From assembly GCA_965208105.1 (NCBI GenBank), contig OZ242318.1:3072001-3136000 (forward strand): a DNA stretch of 64,000 bases, read 5' to 3'. The translations under genes and the position numbers were made by a program. Below are positions 43,546 to 53,115 of the stretch, in pieces. Below the pieces are notes generated by a model, which saw only the letters and a program-made list of their open reading frames with translations, had not been told where the DNA came from and did no database searches. The stretch's first letter is position 1; every line of letters starts with the position of its first letter. Origin of the DNA: Candidatus Latescibacterota bacterium. Its GTDB lineage: Bacteria; Latescibacterota; UBA2968; UBA8231.

Positions 43546-45798
43546 CTATTCGGTCCAAAAGGCGTAGAGATCCGCATTGCGGAGGTAGAAACGCAAACGG
43601 ACGAGTTGTCCCTTCAGGTCGTTTAGATTCCCTGATCCATTCCAGTTCACCTCCAGGCGCACGCCGTCCTCGCTCAAAGGCAATGCCTGTGCCCGTGACC
43701 AGTCTTCCAGCACTGCGCCGTCCTCGTCCAGGATCTCCACCTCTACTTCACCTTCAGCAGCGTCCGCGTTGATCCACAGGGTGGAGCCGCGCCAAGCCAG
43801 GGGCCTGGTCAGCAGGACCCCTTCGTCTTCATCGGCGTCGAGGGAGACGAAGCCGTCCCGGCGCAGCACCGCCAGGCAGATCGCTCCCCTGTCTTCATCG
43901 TACCCGGGCAGGAGAACGATCTCTCCGTGGGGGAAGGTGCCCTCGTAGCGCCAGCCGCCGCGATACTTGATGCCGGTGTAGTAGAACCACAGCTCGTCGT
44001 CGCGCACCAGGGCATTGGAAGGGCCGATGAGCTGGGTGAGATCGTAGGCCCCCGAATCGCGCCGCGAGGGGCCGATGAAGGGCTGGCGGTCGCCGACGCG
44101 CTCCCACTCTTTCAGGTCGCGGCTGACGGCCAGCTGGACCAGGTGGAAGCCCACGGTGTTGGGGTAGTTGGGCACCGGCCCGACGGCGTGGTAGAGGGAG
44201 GGGGTGCCGATGTAGACCGATTCGTAGCGGAAGACCCCCATGTTGTAGGTGTCGACATTGTAGACGCTGGGATCGTTCCAGGGGGGGTGGTGCAGGCTTT
44301 CGTCGGCTAATCGGGCGGCGATATTGCGGCGCCCGAGCTCCTGGTCGAGGTCGTCGGCGTGGAAGATAATCCTGCCCTCCGTCCAATTTTCAAAATCCCT
44401 GCTGAGGACAAGGTAGACCGAGCGGCCGTATGGTCCGCTTCGCTTGACGGTGGCGATGTAGAGACGGTCCTCGGCGTCGAGGGAGAAATTCCACTCGTCG
44501 GAACTGCGAATGGTGACCAGGACTTCCCTGGTCTGGCCTTCAATCCGGAGCTCCCGCTTTTGAACGCTCCAACTCATGCCGTCCGGAGAATGGGCCGATT
44601 TTTTCGGACTGAAAGATTTGTACCGGCGTGCCGGGTCGGGATCGAAAGGATCGAAGACAACCTCGCCGGTCGACTCGATGGGTGGATCCCACAGGGTCCA
44701 GTGCAGGCCATCGGTGCTGAAGCGGCAGAGGCGGTCGATGAGCCAAATCTTGAACACACCGTCCAGGGGGTCCCAGAACACCGTGCTCCGCGTCTGCAGC
44801 CCGGTTTCCCCTGCCGGCCAGTTGGGCCGGATCACGGCACCCTTCTTCACCGGCTGATGCATTACCCGACGCAGGCGCCTCGCTTCCTCCATGACGAAGT
44901 CGTCGAGGAAGAGCTGGCGCTGACCTTCTTTGAGAAAAACGACATTTTCGCGAACATCTTCTTCGACGGTAAAGGTAATTGCGGTGTCAGCGTTCACCGC
45001 CACCCCGGCTCGTTCAAAAGGGATGAGCTTGAAGCCGTCGATCATCACGCGGTAACTGCGGCCCTGAACAATTTTGCCTGCCCTTGAAAGTGGCTGCGGC
45101 TCGCCTTCCACCAGGTCGAGGCCGGAAAGTCCTCCTGGCAGACTTTTGGCCGATTTTCTGCCGCCCTGGGACCTGGAGAGGCCTGACAGGCCGGAGAGCG
45201 TCCCCGGCGCTGGCCTGCTGGAGATACCGTCCACCAGCACCATCTTGCGCGACTCGGTGAAGGAGCCAGCCACCAGGCGGTAGAAGTAGACGCCCGACGC
45301 CAGCCCGCGACCGCTGTCGTCGCGCCCATCCCACACCAGACCGTGAGGTCCCGCCTCCTGCAGTTCATCCACCAGAGTCCGGACGCGCTGCCCCAGGCTG
45401 TTGTAGATTTCCAGCCGCACCGGCACAGCCTCGGGCAGCTGGTAGGAGATCACAGTGCCGGGGTTGAAGGGGTTGGGGTAGTTCTGATTCAGCTTGAAGG
45501 AGATGGGTTTGGCGCGGTCGTCGCCCCCCACGTTGGTAGAGGCGTCAAGATCGATCTCGTAGTTCCCCTGGCCATCGGTGACGGCGGCGAAGAATTCACG
45601 AGGGTCGCTCTCGTTGGCGAAAACGATCTCGGCGCCGGCGACGCCGATCATCTTCCTCCACTCTTTTCCCACGATCGGGTCCAGCATTTGCACGCTACCC
45701 TTCACCTTGAGACCGGAGACAGGGCCGGCGATCGCCACCAGGAGCAAGCTGGCCACGAAGAGGAAAGCCCGAGCAGGATTAAATTTTTGGGCCATCAC
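43546..45798 (-). CDS. Secreted multidomain protein: N-proximal FlgD-Ig domain plus beta-propeller (GH32/GH43-like) and beta-sandwich
   Basis: Signal peptide, QNYPNPFNP..WDGRDDSG..LASGVYFYRL, RQLFLDD, Asp-box-like S.DG..W / SRD...W repeats, DELWFYY.G, LRRDGFVSL, RLRFYLRNADLYAF. Confidence 0.7.
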   Translation of the reverse strand: MMAQKFNPARAFLFVASLLLVAIAGPVSGLKVKGSVQMLDPIVGKEWRKMIGVAGAEIVFANESDPREFFAAVTDGQGNYEIDLDASTNVGGDDRAKPISFKLNQNYPNPFNPGTVISYQLPEAVPVRLEIYNSLGQRVRTLVDELQEAGPHGLVWDGRDDSGRGLASGVYFYRLVAGSFTESRKMVLVDGISSRPAPGTLSGLSGLSRSQGGRKSAKSLPGGLSGLDLVEGEPQPLSRAGKIVQGRSYRVMIDGFKLIPFERAGVAVNADTAITFTVEEDVRENVVFLKEGQRQLFLDDFVMEEARRLRRVMHQPVKKGAVIRPNWPAGETGLQTRSTVFWDPLDGVFKIWLIDRLCRFSTDGLHWTLWDPPIESTGEVVFDPFDPDPARRYKSFSPKKSAHSPDGMSWSVQKRELRIEGQTREVLVTIRSSDEWNFSLDAEDRLYIATVKRSGPYGRSVYLVLSRDFENWTEGRIIFHADDLDQELGRRNIAARLADESLHHPPWNDPSVYNVDTYNMGVFRYESVYIGTPSLYHAVGPVPNYPNTVGFHLVQLAVSRDLKEWERVGDRQPFIGPSRRDSGAYDLTQLIGPSNALVRDDELWFYYTGIKYRGGWRYEGTFPHGEIVLLPGYDEDRGAICLAVLRRDGFVSLDADEDEGVLLTRPLAWRGSTLWINADAAEGEVEVEILDEDGAVLEDWSRAQALPLSEDGVRLEVNWNGSGNLNDLKGQLVRLRFYLRNADLYAFWTE

Positions 45799-45913
45799 GC
45801 CTGCTTTATTTATTGGTCAAAGGCGGCCGGACAGGGGCATTCCGGTCGAAGGAGAAGGCCAGGTGCTGCAGCGAGGGTACGCCATGGCGCCGGAAGAAGG
45901 TCGCTTCCATTGG

Positions 45914-45937
45914 TGGTGCCGAAGGTGGGACTCGAAC
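45914..45937 (-). repeat. Isolated 3' end of a tRNA (Leu-like); probable attachment site of an integrated element
   Basis: Minus strand GTTCGAGTCCCACCTTCGGCACCA is a T-loop plus acceptor strand plus CCA. The rest of the tRNA is absent, and AT-rich DNA starts immediately beyond it. Confidence 0.8.
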
Positions 45938-46549
45938 AAAATACGTAACCCATTGATATTTAAAATTTTATAAACTCAAACATTTTTCTTTCCCCACGAA
46001 TAAACCCACGATATTCGGGCCATCTAATTTGTTTGACTCCTTATAACCCCGACAAATCAGGCTGAAACTCATCGCATGTGGCCGTCATTTTCGCCAATTG
46101 AAACTCCGAATCTGACCTGTGCCCACTAGTAATGCCACACTCCAAGGTAGATCCGGAATCATCTGGAGTCCATCCTTCTGGAATGAATTCTTTCCCTGAC
46201 CACAGAGCATGACGGTCTTGTCCATCAATCTATAAGGACCAGGACCTTAGGAACCAAAATGAATAATCATTAACTTTATGTTTATTTTGGTCTTTTCGGT
46301 AATTTCTAATTTTGATTGTCACTATTGATTCTACCATATTGTGCTGTCCCCACTTATGTAGGTTTGCCCGGTTACTTCAAAATGATCCTTATTTCACTAC
46401 ATTCTGCCCAATCGACGTAGCAAATCAACTTGCGCCTTGCCCACCATGAAGTATTTTATTGTGTGTGAGGAGGGACGGTTTTGGATTTATTATGGTCCAG
46501 AAGAAGTTTCTTATCAAATCCATCTCTAGTAGTTCCTCGCTCGCCTGTT

Positions 46550-46580
46550 GCCTCCGATTTTTTGGTCGGAGGCTTCTCTC
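46550..46580 (+). terminator. Hairpin, terminator-like
   Basis: GCCTCCGA-N8-TCGGAGGC followed by a pyrimidine run. Confidence 0.4.
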
Positions 46581-46772
46581 CCCTCCCAAGTTCCACTGGA
46601 ATTTGACCTTCCATTAGAATTGGCAAGTTATGTCCAAATTAAGGGGATTGGACTGCTTGAAACCTAGTGGTCTTGGCACCGCAATTGTCTTTTCAATTTG
46701 GCATCTGACCTGCTGGCTATCGTATAGTTCCGGCTACCGACTCACACCTCCGCAACTCCTAAGAGCCAGAGC

Positions 46773-47710
46773 ATGGAGCCATCCGAGGTATATCTCGACA
46801 ACAATGCCACGACTCAGCCGCTTCCGGAGGTTCGTGCTGCGGTTTCGGAGGCATTGGGAGAGGCTTTCGGTAATCCATCTAGTATCCACGCAGCGGGTGA
46901 ACGAACCCGCCAGCAGTTAAACAAAGCTAGGTCTCTTCTAGCCTCTTTGCTTGGCTGTGAGCCTTCTAAGGTCATCTTCACAAGCGGGGCTACTGAGGCC
47001 AACAATACGATCCTTGGTAGTTTTTCTGGTCCTGGCCGAAGGATCGTGACCACTGTGGTGGAACATTCCTCTATTGTGCAAGCTCTGGCAAGGACGGCTC
47101 TTGAGGGGACGGATGTCGTCTTCCTACCAGTTGACAGGAATGGGATGGTGGATTTGGACCATCTTCGCAAGGAGATCGCCAAAAAGACCGACTTGGTATC
47201 GATCCAGTGGGTAAATAGTGAAACGGGCGTTATTCAGGCCGTCGAGGAAGTTGGTCGCTTGTGCTTCGAGGCGGGGGTCCCCTTCCACACAGATGCCGCG
47301 CAGGCGGTTGGAAAATTGCCCGTGAAATTGGAGGCTCTACCGATCGACTACGCATCGGTTGCGGGACACAAGTTTCACAGCCCGCAGGGGGTAGGTGCTA
47401 TCTACCTGCGGGACAGGACCCATCTTAGCGGACTCATGGCCGGCGGAGATCAAGAATCTGGCCTACGCGCAGGAACCGAGAACGTGCCGGGAATTGTTGG
47501 GATGGGATGTGCGGCGGGAATTCGCAAGACTTCCCTGAATGAAACGATTACCCAACTCAGGCACCTCCGCAATTTGTTTGAGAGGGAGGTCATAGCCGTA
47601 TGTGACGGCGTCTCGGTAAACGGCGGATGCCATGACCGAGTATGTAACACAAGTAGTTTGCTTTTTGAAGAGGTGGATGGAGAGGCGCTGGTAGTGAGGT
47701 TGGACCAGCG
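46773..47710 (+). pseudogene. Cysteine desulfurase (IscS/NifS/DndA-type), 3'-truncated
   Basis: YLDNNATT, GNPSSIH, FTSGATEANN, VEHSS, HTDAAQAVGK, GHKF (PLP Lys), RAGTENV. Similarity stops at EALVVRLDQ, just before the catalytic S.GSAC loop, where IS630 sequence begins. Confidence 0.88.
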
Positions 47711-48054
47711 GTGCTCACTTTCCTCAAGGCCATCCGGCACCGCTACCGCAAGGCCCAACGCATCTACCTCGTTCTGGACAATTTGTCGACGCACGCGACC
47801 CAAAAGATTCGGCAATGGTGTCGGCAGCATCGAGTCTCCCTCGTCTTCACCGCTACCAACGCCTCCTGGATGAACCGTCTCGAATGCCATCTGACGGCCG
47901 CCCACTACTTCGTCATCAAGAACAGCGACCCAAGGGACCATCGAGACATCGGCCAGCGCATGCAGGAATACCTCGTATGGAGAAATCGAAACCAGGACGA
48001 TGCCAAGCTCGCCAAAATACAAAATTCAATGCCGACTCTTTAACAGCGCACTAG
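47711..48054 (+). mobile_element. IS630-family remnant (3' part of transposase and right end)
   Basis: IYLVLDNLSTH..FTATNASWMNRLECH. Ends TTAACAGCGCACTAG. Confidence 0.85.
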
Positions 48055-49302
48055 TGCTCGTTCAATGTAGTGTTGCCGAATAAAGGGCCTAGACAAATCG
48101 GTGAGCATGCGGTACCTTTCGAAATCCCCTTTGCTGAGAAAGGAGCACCGCGTTGCCCAAGAAGAAATACATCGTCACACTCACCGCTGAAGAGCGTGGT
48201 TTTCTGCGCGATCTCATCTCTAAGGGAAAGGCGGCAGCCTTCAAGCAACGGCATGCGAGAATTCTCCTGAAAACCGATCAAGGGCCACAGGGTGACGGCT
48301 GGACGGACGAAAAGATCGAGCAAGCACTCGAGGTGAACGCCAGCACCGTCGAGCGTCTCCGGAGACGCTTTGTAGAAGAAGGTTTGGAGGCGGCGCTGCA
48401 GCGAAAAGAGCAGAAGAATCGCCGGGCTAAGAAGATCGACGGAGAAGCGGAAGCCCAGCTCGTGGCCATAGCCTGCAGTAAGCCGCCGGAGGGCCGTAAG
48501 TCCTGGACCTTGAAATTGCTAACAGACCAATTGGTGTCATTGGACATTGTCGACAGCGTCAGTCTCGAAACCGTTCGTAAGACGCTAAAAAAAACGAGCT
48601 GAAGCCGTGGCGGCAGGAAATGTGGTGTTTGCCGGGTGCGCCCAGCAGCGAGTTTGTCTGCGCCATGGAGGACGTCTTGGATGTCTACACCCGACCCTAC
48701 GATCCCCAACACCCTACGGTATGTGTGGACGAAACCAGCAAGCAACTGGTGGGGGAAGTGGAGACGCCGTTGCCGGCAGCGCCTGGGTATCCGGCGCGCT
48801 ATGATCATCACTGCGTCCGCAACGGCGTGGCCAATCTTTTCATGATGCTGGAACCGCTTACGGGCCATTGCCAGGTTAAGGTTACCGAGCGTCGTACCAA
48901 GAAAGACTGGGCGTTGCTGATGAAAGATCTGGTGGATCGGCACTACCCCCACGCTGATACCATCACGTTGGTCATGGACAATCTGAGTTCGCATCAAAAA
49001 GCGGCTCTGTACGACGTCTTCCCACCGACGGAGGCCAAACGCATCGCCGACAAAATTGATATCCATTTCACACCGAAACGAGGCAGCTGGCTCAATATGG
49101 CCGAGATTGGCTTGAACGTGCTCTCCCGCCAGTGCCTCGATCGGCGCATCGCCACGATTCAACAGCTGGGTAAACAAGCGAAAGCATGGCTAAAGCAGCG
49201 TCAGACAAACCCACCTATTGTCAACGGGCAATTCACCACCGACGATGCGCGTATAAAGTTGCACCGTCTCTATCCGGCATTACTGCCTAGTTGAACCACT
49301 AG
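48051..49302 (+). mobile_element. IS630-family element with split transposase (48153-48602 HTH; DDE part to 49294) joined by a -1 slip at an A8 run
   Basis: CTAG at both ends. OrfA ends KTLKKTS*. The A8 run at 48587-48594 gives KKNELKPWRQEMWC in the -1 frame. DDE motifs CVDE, VMDN, WLNMAEI. Confidence 0.92.
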
Positions 49303-49349
49303 TAGATCTGGGCCGGCGTGGTATAGCCCAATGCTTGATAGACCTTGTT

Positions 49350-49656
49350 GTAGAAGTCAATACACCTCCATCGCCTTGGGCCAGCGCTGTAAAGCCGCGG
49401 GGGTACGGCCGTCGATGGGCTCGGTGGACGATTGCTTCGACAATGCCCTGTGCGAAAGTTTCTTTGCTACCCTAGAATGCGAACTCATAGATCGCTATAC
49501 CTTTCGCTCTCAAGCCCAGGCTCGCATCGCCCTTTTCCGGTTTATCGAGGGTTGGTACAACCCCTATCGCAGCTACTCGACCATAGACTATATTCAGCTA
49601 CGAAAAGAGATGGAAGGAAGGTCCAGAAATCTCAAGTCCAAAATGGGTCAAATTCT
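49350..49656 (+). pseudogene. IS3-family transposase C-terminal remnant
   Basis: SQYTS..PSMGSVDDCFDNALCESFFATLECE..FIEGWYN. Confidence 0.85.
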
Positions 49657-52546
49657 TATCCATCCCGAGGTCATATCTGCGCTCCCGCCTGCGAAACGCG
49701 TCCGATCCGCCTTCCAAAATTCGGCACACATGCTGCCTGATGCTGCTATGAGAAGGGCGATCATTTTCAAGAGCACCGGCTTGGTAAGTGATATGGGGAA
49801 GTCCGTTTTCTCGTCGTTCGCAGCGTGCCACGATAACCTGCTCAGAATCGGCATTCACAACTAAATTAGGGTTGTGGGTAATCAAAATTATCTGGCGCCT
49901 CGACTTAGCGGATTTGAAGCAGGTAGTCAGTAGTTGGTAGATTGATTCGTTGTCGAGGTTTTCGTCTGGCTGGTCGACGATTAGGGGTCGCGTGTCGGAA
50001 ACATCCATATTCAGGTACAGGATTAGGAGAACAATTCCCTTCGTTCCTGGTGAGAGCTTTTCAAGTTCGACTCCGTTGTACTTCAAACCGTATGTTAGAC
50101 TGACGTGGTTGAGTTCGTACACCCATTGGAGAAGGTCTTGACCTGTAACCTCAGTGCGAAGGTAACTACGAGGTAAACGGTCCTGCCGTCTGAATTCGGA
50201 AAGAAACTTCACCATCGCAGGACGAATTCTATCTGGGGTGCCAGAGGTCCATGCCGGAACCAGTATCCTGGCGGCGGAGGCGGCCAGCTCACTCATTGAC
50301 CCGTACGGTAGCGTCCGTCGCTGATCAAAGAGGGCGATTCCTCGTTCAAGCCAAATATCGAGATCGGCCTCCCAACGAATGGAGAATTCAAGCTCTTGCT
50401 CTGGAGGCGACACCTTAGCCGAAGCCAGATGTGCCTTGACCGGCGCGTATAGCTGCTCAAGGGTTTCTTGTTCTTTTTTTAGGTTCTTGAAGTAAGAAAC
50501 ATAAGCTTCTAACCGTTCCTCATAGGCGGAATCCATGCGCTGCCTGTCAGGCCCTTCGATCTGAGAAATCTCAGTTTTGACCCGCTGAAGCTCAATCCCA
50601 ATTTTTGCTATCCGGGTCTGGATGACCCGAGTACGCTCCTGCCGGGCCTTGTCGGCCGTTTCCATTTGAGCCAAGATCTTGATCTGCCTTTCCAACCAAC
50701 GAAGCGAATTCCTCTCCGGGTTATCGGCTGCTCCTTCTTTACGATCAATCGCCTGCTGGATGGCCACCAAACGCCTTTCCAGCGGTGGCTCGGTATCAGC
50801 AGGGAAGCAAGGCCGAAACGGACCGCGGTCCTTTTCAGGCACTCCGATTTCATCGAGGAGTCCATCAAGTTCCTTCACAAACCGCTTAATTTGGCCCTGA
50901 AAGGTGTTCACTCTCGAACGGATGTCTACAACCTTCTGAAGGCTATGTTTTTCACCAGCAATATTCTGCTGGAGGGTTGCGAGCCTTTCGCGTAAATTCT
51001 GTAGGTCCTCCTGTCGCCGCTCCTCTTCCTGGGTAGACGGTCTTGGAATTTGATTAATTAGGCTGTCTCGCTCCTTGGTTAGAGCGGTTATCCGGTTTTT
51101 CTTTTCCGGGAGTTTACGAGCGTTTTCCCGAAGGGCACACTCTTCCCGGATCAGCCTGACAACTTCATCGCGTAATTCGTCACCTTGATCCCGGATACCT
51201 TTCGTACGAAGGGCTCTCAGCTCCTCGAAGTTGGAAGCGTTCAGGGTTTCGGTCGGATCTAGATTAGAAAAGACAACTGCTTCGATCTCTCCGACCAGTT
51301 CTGTGCCGATGTGGTCTTCAGAACAAAGCCGCTCGACGAATTTCTGCGAGAGATAGCGAACTCTGGGACTTCCCAATTGATCGTCCCTGAGTCTTGCCAC
51401 CGTTTGTCCGCCTTCAGCCCAGGTAAGGGTGACCGATAGTTCCTGAAGGTGATTGCCAGCACGTCTGATGAAGCTAGCGGATTCTTCCGTAATCCAGCTA
51501 CCAGCCGCATATGCCGCGACTTCCGCTAAGGCTGACTTCCCAGATCCCTTTTGGCCGATGACCGACACAAGACCAGCGTTTAGTGGAATATTCACATCTT
51601 CAAACCAGCCATCCGAGCCAGCAAGGGAAATGGATTTGATTATTCGCGCTTTATCATGATACAATGGCGGGGTAGGCCCGATATAAACCCGATCCGCTGG
51701 CTCATATAAGATCTGCCTAAGTCCCTCGAAGGTTGGGTCTGCCTTGATCCAGCAGAATCGATCCTGGTCGGGATGAAAAAGCGTGGCAATATCGTGCGCG
51801 TCCGAACCATGAAGACATGGGCGCGGCCCCCCAAGACGCTCGACAGTTTCGTGTTCCTCTTGAGACCGCTGTCCCAGCCAGAACTCGCGCTCTCCAGGGC
51901 GCCCCGAGAATAGGATCTGGCTGAAGCGGGTAATCTCGTCGCGTAGAGCTGCCCACGCACCATCCCGTCTAAAGCCAGAAAGGCCGTCTGTCCCTGCAGC
52001 TACCGCGATTAGGGCGTTCTGCTGAAGCCAATGCTCACGGTTGAACCAATCCCGAAAGGCAGTGAAGTCGATCTTATACTGTAGTGCACCGGCTGAAAGG
52101 GCAGCTGCCTCATCCTTGATCTCCGGATCGAATGCCCTTCCAAGGGCCATTAGCTGATCGGGAAGACAGGAATATCGCTGTTGGTTAAACTCCCAATTCA
52201 GTCTACCCAGAGCGTTCTTGATCTGGTGCTCGTGCTGAGGGTCATCTGGGGAGATCAGCAGATGAATGTTGACGGCTGTCGCCTTGTCTGTAGGTGGGGC
52301 TAGCCTGAACTCGATATTTGGAATCAATAGGTCGATTTCTGGTATCCGACCTCGCTCCTTGTGATCCTTTAGAATCGAGTAGGTCTCAATCGAAAGGTAA
52401 TCTGTGACTCCAAGGACGCGTACTTCATCCTGAGACTCGATAGCCTGGAGATACCCATCCCAATCGCCAAACCTATCATTGAGTAAGGTTCCTGGAGCAT
52501 GAACATGTAGATCCCAGCGTCGCCACTCTGATCCTCTTGGATACAT
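49598..52546 (-). CDS. PHP-domain plus coiled-coil ABC ATPase (TrlF / Ppl-like anti-phage protein)
   Basis: GSEWRRWDLHVHAP, GVTDY, PNIEFR, NIH and HGSDAH (PHP). WIKADPTFEGL, Walker A GQKGSGKS, signature LSPG, PLIVDQPDENLDN, ITHNPN. Strong GGAGG RBS. Confidence 0.88.
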   Translation of the reverse strand: MYPRGSEWRRWDLHVHAPGTLLNDRFGDWDGYLQAIESQDEVRVLGVTDYLSIETYSILKDHKERGRIPEIDLLIPNIEFRLAPPTDKATAVNIHLLISPDDPQHEHQIKNALGRLNWEFNQQRYSCLPDQLMALGRAFDPEIKDEAAALSAGALQYKIDFTAFRDWFNREHWLQQNALIAVAAGTDGLSGFRRDGAWAALRDEITRFSQILFSGRPGEREFWLGQRSQEEHETVERLGGPRPCLHGSDAHDIATLFHPDQDRFCWIKADPTFEGLRQILYEPADRVYIGPTPPLYHDKARIIKSISLAGSDGWFEDVNIPLNAGLVSVIGQKGSGKSALAEVAAYAAGSWITEESASFIRRAGNHLQELSVTLTWAEGGQTVARLRDDQLGSPRVRYLSQKFVERLCSEDHIGTELVGEIEAVVFSNLDPTETLNASNFEELRALRTKGIRDQGDELRDEVVRLIREECALRENARKLPEKKNRITALTKERDSLINQIPRPSTQEEERRQEDLQNLRERLATLQQNIAGEKHSLQKVVDIRSRVNTFQGQIKRFVKELDGLLDEIGVPEKDRGPFRPCFPADTEPPLERRLVAIQQAIDRKEGAADNPERNSLRWLERQIKILAQMETADKARQERTRVIQTRIAKIGIELQRVKTEISQIEGPDRQRMDSAYEERLEAYVSYFKNLKKEQETLEQLYAPVKAHLASAKVSPPEQELEFSIRWEADLDIWLERGIALFDQRRTLPYGSMSELAASAARILVPAWTSGTPDRIRPAMVKFLSEFRRQDRLPRSYLRTEVTGQDLLQWVYELNHVSLTYGLKYNGVELEKLSPGTKGIVLLILYLNMDVSDTRPLIVDQPDENLDNESIYQLLTTCFKSAKSRRQIILITHNPNLVVNADSEQVIVARCERRENGLPHITYQAGALENDRPSHSSIRQHVCRILEGGSDAFRRRERRYDLGMDKNLTHFGLEISGPSFHLFS

Positions 52547-52875
52547 TTACAACCTCCTCTCCTCCAACTTACGAGGCCATTCGACCGAGCGGGCCCAACC
52601 GTCGATTGTAGATCGAATTTAATCACGGGATTCCACAAGTATTGTAGGTCCCCATCCTTACTCATAGGCCTCTTGATCATCCGTGAAGGTTGCCCCTACG
52701 GAAGGAGTACAGGTAAGTAAAATAGGCACATTGGGTGTGATCTCAACTAAAACAGCTATCATCACTCGGAGTGGTGAAGGTCCTTGACCCTGAACTCCTG
52801 TGATTAAAACCTATTATCCCAGCGCGTTACTTGGAGGGTCCACCCATCTCTTTCATGGTCGATGGGCAATAAATA

Positions 52876-53053
52876 TGGAGTTACCCCGGTTTAGTGGACA
52901 GTTTGGACTTGAAAAGGTGACCTGCCCCCAAGAGTGGTGCCAGTTTTTAAGTTAGTCCCGGAACCATAATGGGTCCATTCCGCAGGGGAGAATTCCCAGC
53001 CTGCCTCCTGGGCAGAAAGGCCTCCGGCGCTGGAGGCCGGTAGGCCAATGCGT
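52876..53053. mobile_element. Two abutting IS3-family terminal remnants
   Basis: TGGAGTTACCCCGGTTTAGTGGACA (52876) and TGACCTGCCCCCAAGAGTGGTGCCA (52918) are IS3-type ends. The minus strand encodes the ALAYRPPAPE transposase tail. Confidence 0.7.
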
Positions 53054-53115
53054 CAGCGTGGTCGCTGTCGACTGGATCGCCGACCGCCAGCGTTTCTTCT
53101 GCATTGCCAATGCTC

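Noticed and set aside
45860-45990. Complete tRNA gene
   Set aside because: Only the last 24 nt are tRNA-like; D and anticodon arms are absent.
46446-46532. 27-aa ORF MKYFIVCEEG.. before a hairpin
   Set aside because: No RBS, and short ORFs arise easily by chance.
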